From a virus: 64,000 bases of DNA. Under the pieces are notes generated by a model, which worked only from the letters and a program-made list of their open reading frames with translations, was not told where the DNA came from and did not search any database. Made by a program: the position numbers and the translations under genes. Positions 9,476-18,712 of this stretch are shown here, piece by piece (within the stretch, counting starts at the first letter, position 1; each line of letters begins with the position of its first letter). The stretch covers positions 422-64,421 of IMG/VR virus record IMGVR_UViG_3300028584_000287; one strand, written 5' to 3'.

Positions 9476-11624
9476 TGCTATTTCCTTTATTTAGTTGTGC
9501 TTTGGCAAACTCTAATTTGATATTGCCTTCAGCCTGTGCTTGTGATTTTTCTAACTCACGTTGCTGTTTAGTACCAGTTTCTTGTTCTAAGAAATCCAAG
9601 TCATTCAGATCAGCTTCTGTATTAAACTTACGTTGGCGAGCCAACTCAGTCTGTGCAATAGTAGGAGCATTATCTGCATCAGCTTGTTTCTTCGCAGCAG
9701 ATGATAACGTATCTTGTATCTGAGCTTCAAGCAATGCTATCTCTAATTCTGCCTTTTTAACAGCTAAAGGATCAGGTTCTTGTACAAAATTCTCTATTTT
9801 ACGTGCCAAATCTGGCATTTTTCGTAATCTTGCTATTTCTGCAAGTAGAATCTTGCCCATGTCTAAACCAAAAGTATTACCTACTGTCTGTAACATAAAG
9901 CTAAGTTCTTCAGCTTTTTGATTGTCTGTTTCAGCAGTACTAATGGTTAATCGAAGATCAAACTTACCTTGTAAATCTTCTTTCTTAATTGGTACATAAT
10001 CATCATCTGTGATCCGTACAACTTCAGCTTCATCTAAGAACAATGAGTTCATCATCATCATTTGACGGCCAATCTGTACCACACCTTCACCAGCACGACG
10101 TAAGATGTCGCTATCACGTTTTGCCGTGGCATCCATAGCAGAACGTACACCAGTGGCAGTGTTACCTACAGAGTTCCCTGAGATACCACCTGAGAACGAT
10201 TTGATACCGGTAAGAGCTTCCGCTTCAGCAGTATTCATTTCGATCATGAGCATTGCAGACTGTGGAATTTCTGGATACTTCATTTGATGGAACGCTAACG
10301 TTGGATCTACGTTAGGGTTAAATTCGAAATCATCCCCTGCTTTAAGCTTACGACTGTTGGTTGCATCTAAGGCATCCTTACGGTAACCAATCTGTGCGTT
10401 AGCGCTACGACCCATGGAATCAATCATACCGCGTTGAATTGCACCAACCACTGCTTGGTTATCCTTTAACAGTTCTGCGTCAGCTTCCCCGTATACGCTC
10501 TCTTCCAGTGGCATATATGGAACCACTACGAAAGGAAGGTAACCTTCTGGGTACGGGCTTAACTCCAACTGGATTAAGGTATTACCTACCCAAGTGGCAA
10601 CGATAGGAACCAGCAAGCCTGAACCATCAATGTCACGGTAACCCCAGTATTCATAGGCCACGACTTTCTGACGAGCCTCGTCGTTAAACTTAAATGCAAC
10701 AGTAGCACCGCTGTCGTAGTTATCTGGGGAAGCTAATGGACTAGCATTGGCAGTATTAACGTACTCTAAGTTTTTATAGCGACCGTCTGCTTTTAAATCA
10801 CCTAAACAGGTTTCAAACATGTGGATAATAAACTTAGCATCTTGGACATTACCTTTACAGGTAGGATCAATGATTACGTTCTTGTAGTTACATACTGTGA
10901 GTTCTGGATGGTTAGAAGTTACTACTTCAACCATTTCCTCTTTAGTACCTGTAATAACAGGGTAAATAGGAACATTGTTTTCCATAGTCATATTGATAGC
11001 TTCTTCCCATTCAGGAGTAACTAGCTGATCAAAACGATCTGGATCTGACTCAAACAATTCAATCCAAGTAGCTACTTCTTGCTCTTGGAATTTATCACTT
11101 GCTTCAATGAACTCAACTTCGTTGACTTCTTGCTTAACCTTGCCACGACGTTCCTTCCACGAAGTCTTGACGATAGCAGTACCATTGTTCACCAGAGAAC
11201 GAACATAGGTATCGAAGAACCGTACTCGAGAGATCGCAGTATTAAACTGTTGGTTCAGTACCAACTCATTTTGTCGTGCAGCCAACACATCCAAGTGAGT
11301 CATAGGACTTATCTTGAACAAATCCGGTGTACTTAGGAATGGTTCGCTAATCGCAGGATAACGCCATTCACACTGCTTGCGGATAAGCTTAGCGGTGTAA
11401 GTTGAACGAGTTTTAACTTTATCTTTATCACTAGGACGGGTTTCCCGAGATACCGGTCTATTTTGGAGTTCCTTTCTCCATTCCGATACCCGAGCAACCA
11501 TACTTTGGTGATCGGATAAAGCTGTATTCAAATCCTCTGCTAGAACCGTCTGTGTTGGTGCTTTGGACCAACTTGGTTGCAGCGAAGGAGCTTCGTTGGA
11601 TAAACGCTTCTCTTTAGGTTTCAT
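9465..11624 (-). CDS. Portal protein (N4 gp59-like)
   Basis: 719 aa from the ATG at 11624 (ORF track starts 12 codons earlier); PKLIRKQ-like KLIRKQCEWRYPAISEPFLST and AEALTGIKSFSGGISG motifs. Confidence 0.9.
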   Translation of the reverse strand: MKPKEKRLSNEAPSLQPSWSKAPTQTVLAEDLNTALSDHQSMVARVSEWRKELQNRPVSRETRPSDKDKVKTRSTYTAKLIRKQCEWRYPAISEPFLSTPDLFKISPMTHLDVLAARQNELVLNQQFNTAISRVRFFDTYVRSLVNNGTAIVKTSWKERRGKVKQEVNEVEFIEASDKFQEQEVATWIELFESDPDRFDQLVTPEWEEAINMTMENNVPIYPVITGTKEEMVEVVTSNHPELTVCNYKNVIIDPTCKGNVQDAKFIIHMFETCLGDLKADGRYKNLEYVNTANASPLASPDNYDSGATVAFKFNDEARQKVVAYEYWGYRDIDGSGLLVPIVATWVGNTLIQLELSPYPEGYLPFVVVPYMPLEESVYGEADAELLKDNQAVVGAIQRGMIDSMGRSANAQIGYRKDALDATNSRKLKAGDDFEFNPNVDPTLAFHQMKYPEIPQSAMLMIEMNTAEAEALTGIKSFSGGISGNSVGNTATGVRSAMDATAKRDSDILRRAGEGVVQIGRQMMMMNSLFLDEAEVVRITDDDYVPIKKEDLQGKFDLRLTISTAETDNQKAEELSFMLQTVGNTFGLDMGKILLAEIARLRKMPDLARKIENFVQEPDPLAVKKAELEIALLEAQIQDTLSSAAKKQADADNAPTIAQTELARQRKFNTEADLNDLDFLEQETGTKQQRELEKSQAQAEGNIKLEFAKAQLNKGNSNAS

Positions 11625-11667
11625 GGTTAACTCTCTAGGTTGTTTACAGTAGCTTACCACTAAAATG

Positions 11668-11692
11668 AAAAAGCCCTCAACTTTGAGGGCTT
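11668..11692 (-). terminator. Terminator after the holin, upstream of the portal
   Basis: AAGCCCTCA-4 nt-TGAGGGCTT with a T run on the minus strand. Confidence 0.75.
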
Positions 11693-11710
11693 ATTTAGGC
11701 TAAATATTAC

Positions 11711-12127
11711 TTATTTTGTCAAACCCTGCTTCTTTTCCCAAGAGCGCATACCACCTAAACCAAGCAACAATGCTACTAATTCAAATAGTACATCATTGTT
11801 TACTGCAGGCATAACCGCAGTACTTCCGGTATAGGTTAGGTAGGTTTGAACCATTGGATATAGGATGTATTGCCATGCCATAGCACAACCACCTACCCAA
11901 AGGATAAAAGGTCTTGCACCTGCTACAAATATGTTGGAGTGAGCTGCTTCTGTTTTGGCAACATCTGCTTGGGCCAATGCCAAATCACGGGAAACTTCTA
12001 GTTTCTTCAATTCACCATTTTGCTCAAGTTCAATTAAATGAAGCTTGGCTTCTGCAGCTTTTCCTTTGTCAGGTATGACTCGATCAAGGATATCCCCAAG
12101 TAAAGGGATTAGAGCGGCTATGCTCAT
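11711..12127 (-). CDS. Holin, 3TM/GTA-holin-like family
   Basis: 138 aa from the ATG at 12127 (ATGA overlap); FVAGARPFILWVGG..AWQYILYP and LLGLGGMRSWEK motifs. Confidence 0.75.
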   Translation of the reverse strand: MSIAALIPLLGDILDRVIPDKGKAAEAKLHLIELEQNGELKKLEVSRDLALAQADVAKTEAAHSNIFVAGARPFILWVGGCAMAWQYILYPMVQTYLTYTGSTAVMPAVNNDVLFELVALLLGLGGMRSWEKKQGLTK

Positions 12128-12576
12128 TTTACAGTGCTCCGTTCTGCTAACCGTAAGGTAAGCTGTTTTAACTGGCATATACCTTTCGATAATGCAGTAC
12201 GTTGAACGATATTACGCAACTCGTCCGGTTGGGTTGGTTTTGTAACTACATCCACTGAGCCAAGCGTAAAGGCTAAACGCGCTATGTCGTTATCCTTGCA
12301 ACCTGTTTCGGGGGTTATAAACACTATTGGGGTATCCTCCAACTGCGATACTTTTTTCATTTCCAACGCTAAAAGGAAACCATCCTTGGTAGGTAAACCA
12401 ACTGATATAATAATCAGCTGTGGATTAATAACTTTAGCTACGTTAGTAGCTTCGTGAGGTTCGGTACAAACAACTACCTCATCCCCAGCTCGTTTATATT
12501 CCACCATAAGATCGTTTGCAGTCTTAGGGACGTCTTCTACGATAAGTACTATTGTTTTAAGGCTTTTATTAATCAT
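12124..12576 (-). CDS. CheY-like single receiver domain, atypical (pseudo-receiver)
   Basis: 150 aa from the ATG at 12576; VLIVED, PQLIIISVGLPTKDG (Ser at the canonical Asp), PIVFIT, DVVTKP follow the receiver fold pattern. Confidence 0.8.
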   Translation of the reverse strand: MINKSLKTIVLIVEDVPKTANDLMVEYKRAGDEVVVCTEPHEATNVAKVINPQLIIISVGLPTKDGFLLALEMKKVSQLEDTPIVFITPETGCKDNDIARLAFTLGSVDVVTKPTQPDELRNIVQRTALSKGICQLKQLTLRLAERSTVK

Positions 12577-12787
12577 CTGATAAATTCCTGCCTCGGAGTT
12601 TCTCTTCAAAGAGTGCATAACGAGCAACACTCAGGTCATTTTCAATCTTGTGAATAACAGCAACCATCGCTTTTATCCCATCGTTCAAGTCTTTAATCTG
12701 CTGGTCTGTCTTAGATTTGTCATAGAAGAACCAAGCTTGGATGACACCTAATAGGACCATAATTATATCAGTGGCGTTCAATTGCAT
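12569..12787 (-). CDS. Small single-TM plus coiled-coil protein (holin/antiholin-like)
   Basis: 72 aa from the ATG at 12787 with AAGGA RBS; TM IIMVLLGVIQAWFFY then a coiled coil; located in the lysis cluster. Confidence 0.55.
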   Translation of the reverse strand: MQLNATDIIMVLLGVIQAWFFYDKSKTDQQIKDLNDGIKAMVAVIHKIENDLSVARYALFEEKLRGRNLSDD

Positions 12788-12861
12788 TTTAGATCCTTGT
12801 ATTCCCATCCTTGAGGGTTTCCCCAAGTACTGCAGTAATCAGGTTTCCCTAGTGGTAGTAT

Positions 12862-12888
12862 AAATAAAAAACGCCCACAAAGGGCGTT
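12862..12888 (-). terminator. Terminator after the endolysin
   Basis: Minus strand AACGCCC-TTTGT-GGGCGTT-TTTATTT. Confidence 0.7.
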
Positions 12889-12912
12889 AATTTATCTAAA
12901 TGTAACGGCTAA

Positions 12913-13314
12913 CTACTTCTGCCCCCACCATGCTTTCACATTGAACGTAGGACAAGATTTGCCTTCATCAAGATCAGTATGCCCGCATACCTCTGCAGTA
13001 GGATACTTGGTAGTTAGATCTGACACAAGTTTATCTAATGTAGCCCATTGTTTTCTCGTGAAATTACAAGGGTTCTCCCGACCCCGAGCTTTACCGCCAA
13101 CCATACAAATACCGATACTACCGGTATTGTGTCCTTGTACGTGAGCACCTGTAACGTTCTCTTCTCGCCCCTTCTCAATTGAACCATCGCGACGAATCAC
13201 ATAATGGTAGCCAATTCGGTCGAAGCCACGAGTAATGTGCCACTCGTTAATCTCTTTTACACCTATGTCCATATCTGCAAAAGTATCTGCACAATGTACT
13301 ACGATTTTTTTCAT
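12913..13314 (-). CDS. Endolysin, N-acetylmuramoyl-L-alanine amidase (T7 lysozyme-like)
   Basis: IVVHC, GYHYVI, GAHVQGHN, SIGICMVGG, VCGHTD, KSCP Zn-amidase motifs. Confidence 0.92.
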   Translation of the reverse strand: MKKIVVHCADTFADMDIGVKEINEWHITRGFDRIGYHYVIRRDGSIEKGREENVTGAHVQGHNTGSIGICMVGGKARGRENPCNFTRKQWATLDKLVSDLTTKYPTAEVCGHTDLDEGKSCPTFNVKAWWGQK

Positions 13315-14813
13315 GGGTTCACTGCCTCTTTAAGGTAATCCATAATATCAATAGCGTTAGCTAAACTTTGTTCATAAGTGTAGTTAGTATATAAGTTATC
13401 TACATCATAGAACTCTACAGCAGCATCGCCCTGTCTGTAAAGCTTAAGTATTGTACCTGCGGGAACTGAATTAACTGGATCTGTGTCACTATATCCTTTA
13501 TCCCATGTAACCAGCCTATCGTTAACTTTTACACTAATGTCGGTGTACACTGCAGGATATAAACCTATATAAAAAGCGTACATATTAGTAGAATAAACTA
13601 CCCTTCCTCCGAACCTAAGTCGGTTTCTCACCATCTTTTTATGTACAGGATTTACACCAACGTAGCTATCAGTGTCAGTTACAATTACATCAAATATGGC
13701 TACACCGTTTTTTATAAACTCTATCCGTCTGTCTAACCAAGGTGTAGCAGGGTTTGGTACTATTTTTGTGAAACGTAAAATGTAATCCCCTGCTGTTTCA
13801 AATACAGTATAAGGTAGTACCATTGTATGATAAAACCTATCAGCTGAGTTAAACTGATCAAACCCCCCACCTTTAAGAGTTAACAATACATTCTCATAAC
13901 TTCCTTCAGCATTAGAAGGATCTCTTCTAAATGCTAATGAGAATAGCTGACCATCATCACTCCCTGGGGTATAGTCACTTGTAGAGTTATGTTCTGCTAT
14001 TACATGTACATACTGATCGTAGGTAAAATCATTAGTATACGATGTATCCGAACCTATATAAGCATCCTTTAACCGCTTCTCTAACACACATCTAGTTACA
14101 GGTTTGGCTATTGTAAACTTAAGCTCAAAATCGTTATTCTTCATGTTTTCTAATACAGGTCTGTTAGACTCCAGTATTTTAAACATCATGTTGGAACCAT
14201 CTTGAGCATCTTGGTAGGAATACGTTACCTGAAATCTGTTCCCTGTATTCATACCTGAATTCAACAGCCTAAGCCCTAACTGTGTGACCCCTGTGTAATA
14301 TGGAATAGCGTATACATCGCGCTGTAGACGCATGTACGCACTGTTATTCTCAACATAGAAGATTGCCACATCTGACGTTGGATCACTTGTGTTGGCTCTC
14401 CGGTCGAAATCAATCAAAGGTGTCTTGCCGTTGACTGTAATAACCTGCGTGGTCAACTGACCGAGCTGACTATTAAAGTACCATAGCTTCAATATGGTTC
14501 CTTCTGCGTAGAATAGAACTGCTTGGCCAAGGGCATCAAACCCTAGAGCCAAGTCAGTGATCCCTGCAGAAAGCTCTACAAGAAGCGTAGGAGCACCCCA
14601 TACCGTACCGGTAGCTTTGTATAAGTAAACCTTATTGTCTTCGACAGAAGCCATCCAAATAGCTTTGTCTACACGTTCCTTGGAGTCCCCTAACTCAAGG
14701 GGACCAAGTTTAACATCATAAAGGAAAGCGTACCGTTCTGACGGTACAGCAATCCCATTGTAATCGAACTTCTCAGGCTTGCTTTTACAAGCCCATCTTT
14801 CGGTGATGATCAT
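13311..14813 (-). CDS. Tail tip / receptor-binding protein
   Basis: 500 aa, beta-rich; DLALGFDALGQAV, SDVAIFY, MRLQRDVYAIPY N-terminal module; last gene of the tail cluster. Confidence 0.6.
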   Translation of the reverse strand: MIITERWACKSKPEKFDYNGIAVPSERYAFLYDVKLGPLELGDSKERVDKAIWMASVEDNKVYLYKATGTVWGAPTLLVELSAGITDLALGFDALGQAVLFYAEGTILKLWYFNSQLGQLTTQVITVNGKTPLIDFDRRANTSDPTSDVAIFYVENNSAYMRLQRDVYAIPYYTGVTQLGLRLLNSGMNTGNRFQVTYSYQDAQDGSNMMFKILESNRPVLENMKNNDFELKFTIAKPVTRCVLEKRLKDAYIGSDTSYTNDFTYDQYVHVIAEHNSTSDYTPGSDDGQLFSLAFRRDPSNAEGSYENVLLTLKGGGFDQFNSADRFYHTMVLPYTVFETAGDYILRFTKIVPNPATPWLDRRIEFIKNGVAIFDVIVTDTDSYVGVNPVHKKMVRNRLRFGGRVVYSTNMYAFYIGLYPAVYTDISVKVNDRLVTWDKGYSDTDPVNSVPAGTILKLYRQGDAAVEFYDVDNLYTNYTYEQSLANAIDIMDYLKEAVNP

Positions 14814-14815
14814 GC

Positions 14816-15694
14816 TTAAGCCCTGCTAAAGGTATAGCCAAAAGTTAGATCCAACTTGCTAGATTCTGTCTTAAGGATTGGAGGGGTAAACTGAAATTTG
14901 TATACTTCATTCCAAGTAATACAGGATATCCCCGCAGCATGATTAGCTTCTGTTGTAGCCAAAGATAATTTTACTCTCCGCTGCCCAACACCTAAGCCAT
15001 TTAACCCTACGCCTGATTTATTGAATGTTACCCCACCTGATACAGCTGTTCCTGTAGCTCCGAATGTAGGGTTGTTCATGTATACATTCATGTAATCATT
15101 TTGCTCCACCAATCTAGCAAATAACGTAGCGGGACTGGCAACTCTTCTAGCTAATATATTATGCGTAACACCTTTAAGTACAATTTGACTTTGTGCGTCT
15201 AAATCAAAGCATGAAATTGTCATAGTGTACTTAACGGTAAGCTGATCTTCAGCAGCTATTACCAAAGGTGCGGAAAGAACTGCCCTAGTGTGTATTAAAC
15301 CACCTAATGAAGCATCGGTAGATAAACCCATACCTACTTCATTAATAGTTCCTACAAACTCCCCTATATTGTATTTAGCTACTACAGTCATACCACATGT
15401 CCATGTAGTTCCGTTAGTAGTTACTGGAATATATACGTTATCCGCTGTTTGTATATTTTTAGAGCTTAAAGGGTTAACCAAGGCGACTTGTGAATAGCTT
15501 ACAGGGGTAGTGCTTCCACCTATACGCATATACTTACCTACGTTATTGAAGCTGTTACCTCCCCAAGAATATGTCTGCAAACGTACCAGAAAATTATCCA
15601 GTATCGCGTTACCTACGTCTTCATATACACGTTCCTTGTCAGTACCCTCATTGAGAATAAAATCGTACTTACCTGATATACCAAGGTTAATCAT
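14816..15694 (-). CDS. Tail fibre/appendage subunit, paralogue B
   Basis: 292 aa; aligns by eye along its whole length with 15691-16602. Confidence 0.65.
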   Translation of the reverse strand: MINLGISGKYDFILNEGTDKERVYEDVGNAILDNFLVRLQTYSWGGNSFNNVGKYMRIGGSTTPVSYSQVALVNPLSSKNIQTADNVYIPVTTNGTTWTCGMTVVAKYNIGEFVGTINEVGMGLSTDASLGGLIHTRAVLSAPLVIAAEDQLTVKYTMTISCFDLDAQSQIVLKGVTHNILARRVASPATLFARLVEQNDYMNVYMNNPTFGATGTAVSGGVTFNKSGVGLNGLGVGQRRVKLSLATTEANHAAGISCITWNEVYKFQFTPPILKTESSKLDLTFGYTFSRA

Positions 15695-16602
15695 GAAGCT
15701 CTCCCTATGATGTAACCAACTGTCAAACTTAATGTCATATCAGATGTTTTATTTATAGGTGGAGTGAACTCCATCTTACCAGAGTAACCCCACTGTATTA
15801 CTTTAATACCACCAGATAAGTTACCTTCATTAGTAGCAAGAGATAAAATCATCCTACGTTGACCCGGTACAAGTCCGGGTTCGTAATCAGTGGTCATACT
15901 TGCAACTGTTCCTGTTGCTGCTGTACCTGCTGCATTTAAAGCTCCATTACTAGCAGCATAAGCTGCACTTGTAGAACCTGTGTTATTTGTTAACCACTCA
16001 CCTACAGGATAAACGCTGTTCTGTGTACGTCTTGATATATAGTTATGTAATGTACCGTTCAAACTAATACTACCGGTAGTATCTGAATCAGATCCAGACA
16101 AAGTAAGTTTGTAAGTTACAATAAGTTGATCTTCCGCTGTTACAGTCAGAGGTCTAAGTACATTCTGACCATCTTTTATTAAAGCGCGAGAGTGTACAAT
16201 GGATGCTCCAACACTTGAGTTTAAAGCAAAACCTACTTCAGTTATGTTACCCACTACTTGACCTTGGCCAAATGGAAAAGTCATAGTACAGTCACAGGTC
16301 CATGTTGTACCGTTTGTTGTTATACCTGACTCTGCGTACTGACCAGACCCAGCGTACCCTGCGGAACAACTTGCAAGTAAATTGCCCATAACGGTTTGGC
16401 TTTCGACAGGTTCTGCTGTACCTGTACCTACACGTAAAACTTTAAACTGGTTACCGTAATAAACAGCAGAAGTCATACCTTGGATAAAGCTAAAAAACCC
16501 ATCTAACAGTAAGTTATCAAACCAATCAACGGAGTCTTTTACGTTACCGTCCGGTCCTACAACACATGCTCTATATTCGCCTTTTGCACCTGCATTAATC
16601 AT
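15691..16602 (-). CDS. Tail fibre/appendage subunit, paralogue A
   Basis: 303 aa; WFDNLLLDG, LRVGTGTAEP, GNITEVG, LTVTAEDQLIVTY motifs. Confidence 0.65.
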   Translation of the reverse strand: MINAGAKGEYRACVVGPDGNVKDSVDWFDNLLLDGFFSFIQGMTSAVYYGNQFKVLRVGTGTAEPVESQTVMGNLLASCSAGYAGSGQYAESGITTNGTTWTCDCTMTFPFGQGQVVGNITEVGFALNSSVGASIVHSRALIKDGQNVLRPLTVTAEDQLIVTYKLTLSGSDSDTTGSISLNGTLHNYISRRTQNSVYPVGEWLTNNTGSTSAAYAASNGALNAAGTAATGTVASMTTDYEPGLVPGQRRMILSLATNEGNLSGGIKVIQWGYSGKMEFTPPINKTSDMTLSLTVGYIIGRAS

Positions 16603-17048
16603 TACGCTAAACTCCCTGACAATATTGTTACTCCGCTTACTGAAAGCGCATCGGAATTTTCATTAAACCTGATAACTATCTCATTCAAGTTACCGCTTAG
16701 AATAGTAGCACCGGTTACTGTAATAGAGTCCCCAAAAGATTCTGCTATAACGATATCTTTCAAAAGACCTTCTAGCACAGCAGGTACTGTCATCGTCATA
16801 CTTCCAATTTCATCAACTATTGGAAGTGATACTTCGACTAAAGAACCTTCTAAAACCGCTGGTACGGACATTGAGAAAGCATCAACTGTAAGTAGTGCAC
16901 CACTTAGCTTACCTTCCAGTATCGTAACACCGGTGACACTTAGAAAATCATGGCTTCCTTCTAAAGGGTACATTTCTGATAACAAGGCTGCGCGTACTGT
17001 TGTACGCGATCCTTGTCCAATTATTGTAAATAACTTTTGGTTTATCAT
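16602..17048 (-). CDS. Structural protein with internal repeats
   Basis: Five copies of V(T/S/P)(G/A)x(TI/V)L(E/S)GxL in 148 aa. Confidence 0.55.
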   Translation of the reverse strand: MINQKLFTIIGQGSRTTVRAALLSEMYPLEGSHDFLSVTGVTILEGKLSGALLTVDAFSMSVPAVLEGSLVEVSLPIVDEIGSMTMTVPAVLEGLLKDIVIAESFGDSITVTGATILSGNLNEIVIRFNENSDALSVSGVTILSGSLA

Positions 17049-17968
17049 TCAAACCCCAGATTACCTACCAATAACCATTGAGAACTGCTTAACGATTCAA
17101 TCGCAATCGTAGCACCCTTGCTAAATGTATTTGGTACATACCCATCAGGGTACACCAAAGTAACACCGATATCAGGAACCAATTCTACTTCACCATCACC
17201 CATCTGGGTAAAGTAAATTATCGTAGCTTGTTGGTTCAACGTGAAGTTCATTGCACGTTTTACCAGTACTTGAGCTGGTTCCAGTGTGGTAACTAAGTAA
17301 TGGTTATTGCCTTGGGCTTCACCTACCTCAAACGCTAAGCTTGTAGTTGGGATCATGGTTATACCGGAACCTACCTTGGCCAACATACCTGCAAAATCTT
17401 GCACCCGTACAGGCTCTGTAGGGTTTGTAGGTTCAGGTAGATTGAAGATCTTGTAACCGTGCATGTCGATGTTTCCAATAACCTCTGGAAACACTTCAGG
17501 CTCAACCACAGTCGTATATTGGAATACCCAAGTCATATCCCCGTCTACGTCTTTATACAGGTACATAACACCTGTTGCGGAGTCAAACCACATGTGTCCA
17601 TCAAACGAAGGTCCATCAATCCATGCAGGGGCTGCCTCAGCGATAACTACCGGAGCCATTCGGGTACTGATGTTACCTGAACCAAGCACAGAGACACCGT
17701 TGATGCTCTTGATATTTGTTTGCGATATCAGCCTAGTTTGTTTACCCGATAACGCATCCACAAGCCCTGTAATCGCTTCAATAGGATGTTGGTTTATCAC
17801 ATCATTGTTGTTCAACTGTGTATGGTCTAGCTTTGGCCCAAGAAGGTTTGCGAGATCGCGGAGCCAAGGAAGCGCATCCCTAACTTCCTTCACGGTATCG
17901 TAGGCAGTGTTCAGGTGTTGATCCACTACCATTGCATCGGTTTCACAACTTTTGGTTGTAGGTTTCAT
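17045..17968 (-). CDS. Tail fibre / fibre adaptor with an N4-like particle-binding N-terminus
   Basis: VVDQHLNTAYDTVKEV N-terminus; QHPIEAITGL, NIKSINGVSVLGSGNI and FTQMGDGEV...QWLLVGNL fibre modules. Confidence 0.65.
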   Translation of the reverse strand: MKPTTKSCETDAMVVDQHLNTAYDTVKEVRDALPWLRDLANLLGPKLDHTQLNNNDVINQHPIEAITGLVDALSGKQTRLISQTNIKSINGVSVLGSGNISTRMAPVVIAEAAPAWIDGPSFDGHMWFDSATGVMYLYKDVDGDMTWVFQYTTVVEPEVFPEVIGNIDMHGYKIFNLPEPTNPTEPVRVQDFAGMLAKVGSGITMIPTTSLAFEVGEAQGNNHYLVTTLEPAQVLVKRAMNFTLNQQATIIYFTQMGDGEVELVPDIGVTLVYPDGYVPNTFSKGATIAIESLSSSQWLLVGNLGFE

Positions 17969-18663
17969 TCAAAACCCCTTAACGAAAAACGTTTACAAGA
18001 AGTTGAATCACTAAGTACATAGCCTTCTGCTACCAAACGATTCAACTCATTCTGATACTGTGACATGTAATCACCATGTTTAACTTCACTGTCTAAGTGT
18101 GCTCTGCTTAAGTGTGCTTTAGCTACAACAAAGAACATTAAAGCTTGTTTATACACTAAAGGCAGATCTACTTCTTGTGTAAGATCATCATTTTCTAACA
18201 GCTGATCCACACCACTTTGATAGATAATAGTGATAGCATTCTCTGCTTGAGGGTCTGGAACTTGTATAATATCCAAACCAACTAAATGTAAGCTATCGCA
18301 ATCATTATGGTCATTTAATGGTATTTCTTTACCACATTCAGTAAAAGCACTCAAAATACGCAGTAAATTGCCTTTAAAAGGCTCTTCCGGTGAGTCCACA
18401 ATGAACTTAACTTCAGTGCTTAAAGTGTTAGTAAGTGCGTGTTTTGGGTGTAAACGGTAGGTAGTTTTATTAACTATTGGCTGGATATACAGCTCTTTAT
18501 GGCTCAACTTAACCTTGGTATAGATGTCTTGTACACCTTGGTTTATTAAGTTGATTATCAATGGATAATGAATAGGGAATACGCCTTCCTGTGCGGATTC
18601 CCCTAAGTTGAAATGTCTTAGTTCCCCGAATTTCAAACTCGAAATGATCTCTGAAACTTGCAT
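17965..18663 (-). CDS. Head-tail adaptor (N4 gp67-like)
   Basis: LKFGEL...INQGVQDIY, YRLHPKHA and PLVYKQALMFFV motifs; directly downstream of the terminase. Confidence 0.75.
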   Translation of the reverse strand: MQVSEIISSLKFGELRHFNLGESAQEGVFPIHYPLIINLINQGVQDIYTKVKLSHKELYIQPIVNKTTYRLHPKHALTNTLSTEVKFIVDSPEEPFKGNLLRILSAFTECGKEIPLNDHNDCDSLHLVGLDIIQVPDPQAENAITIIYQSGVDQLLENDDLTQEVDLPLVYKQALMFFVVAKAHLSRAHLDSEVKHGDYMSQYQNELNRLVAEGYVLSDSTSCKRFSLRGFE

Positions 18664-18712
18664 GGCTATACCCTTCTATTAAACTAAGACGAGTATAGCC
18701 TTTCTATATTTT

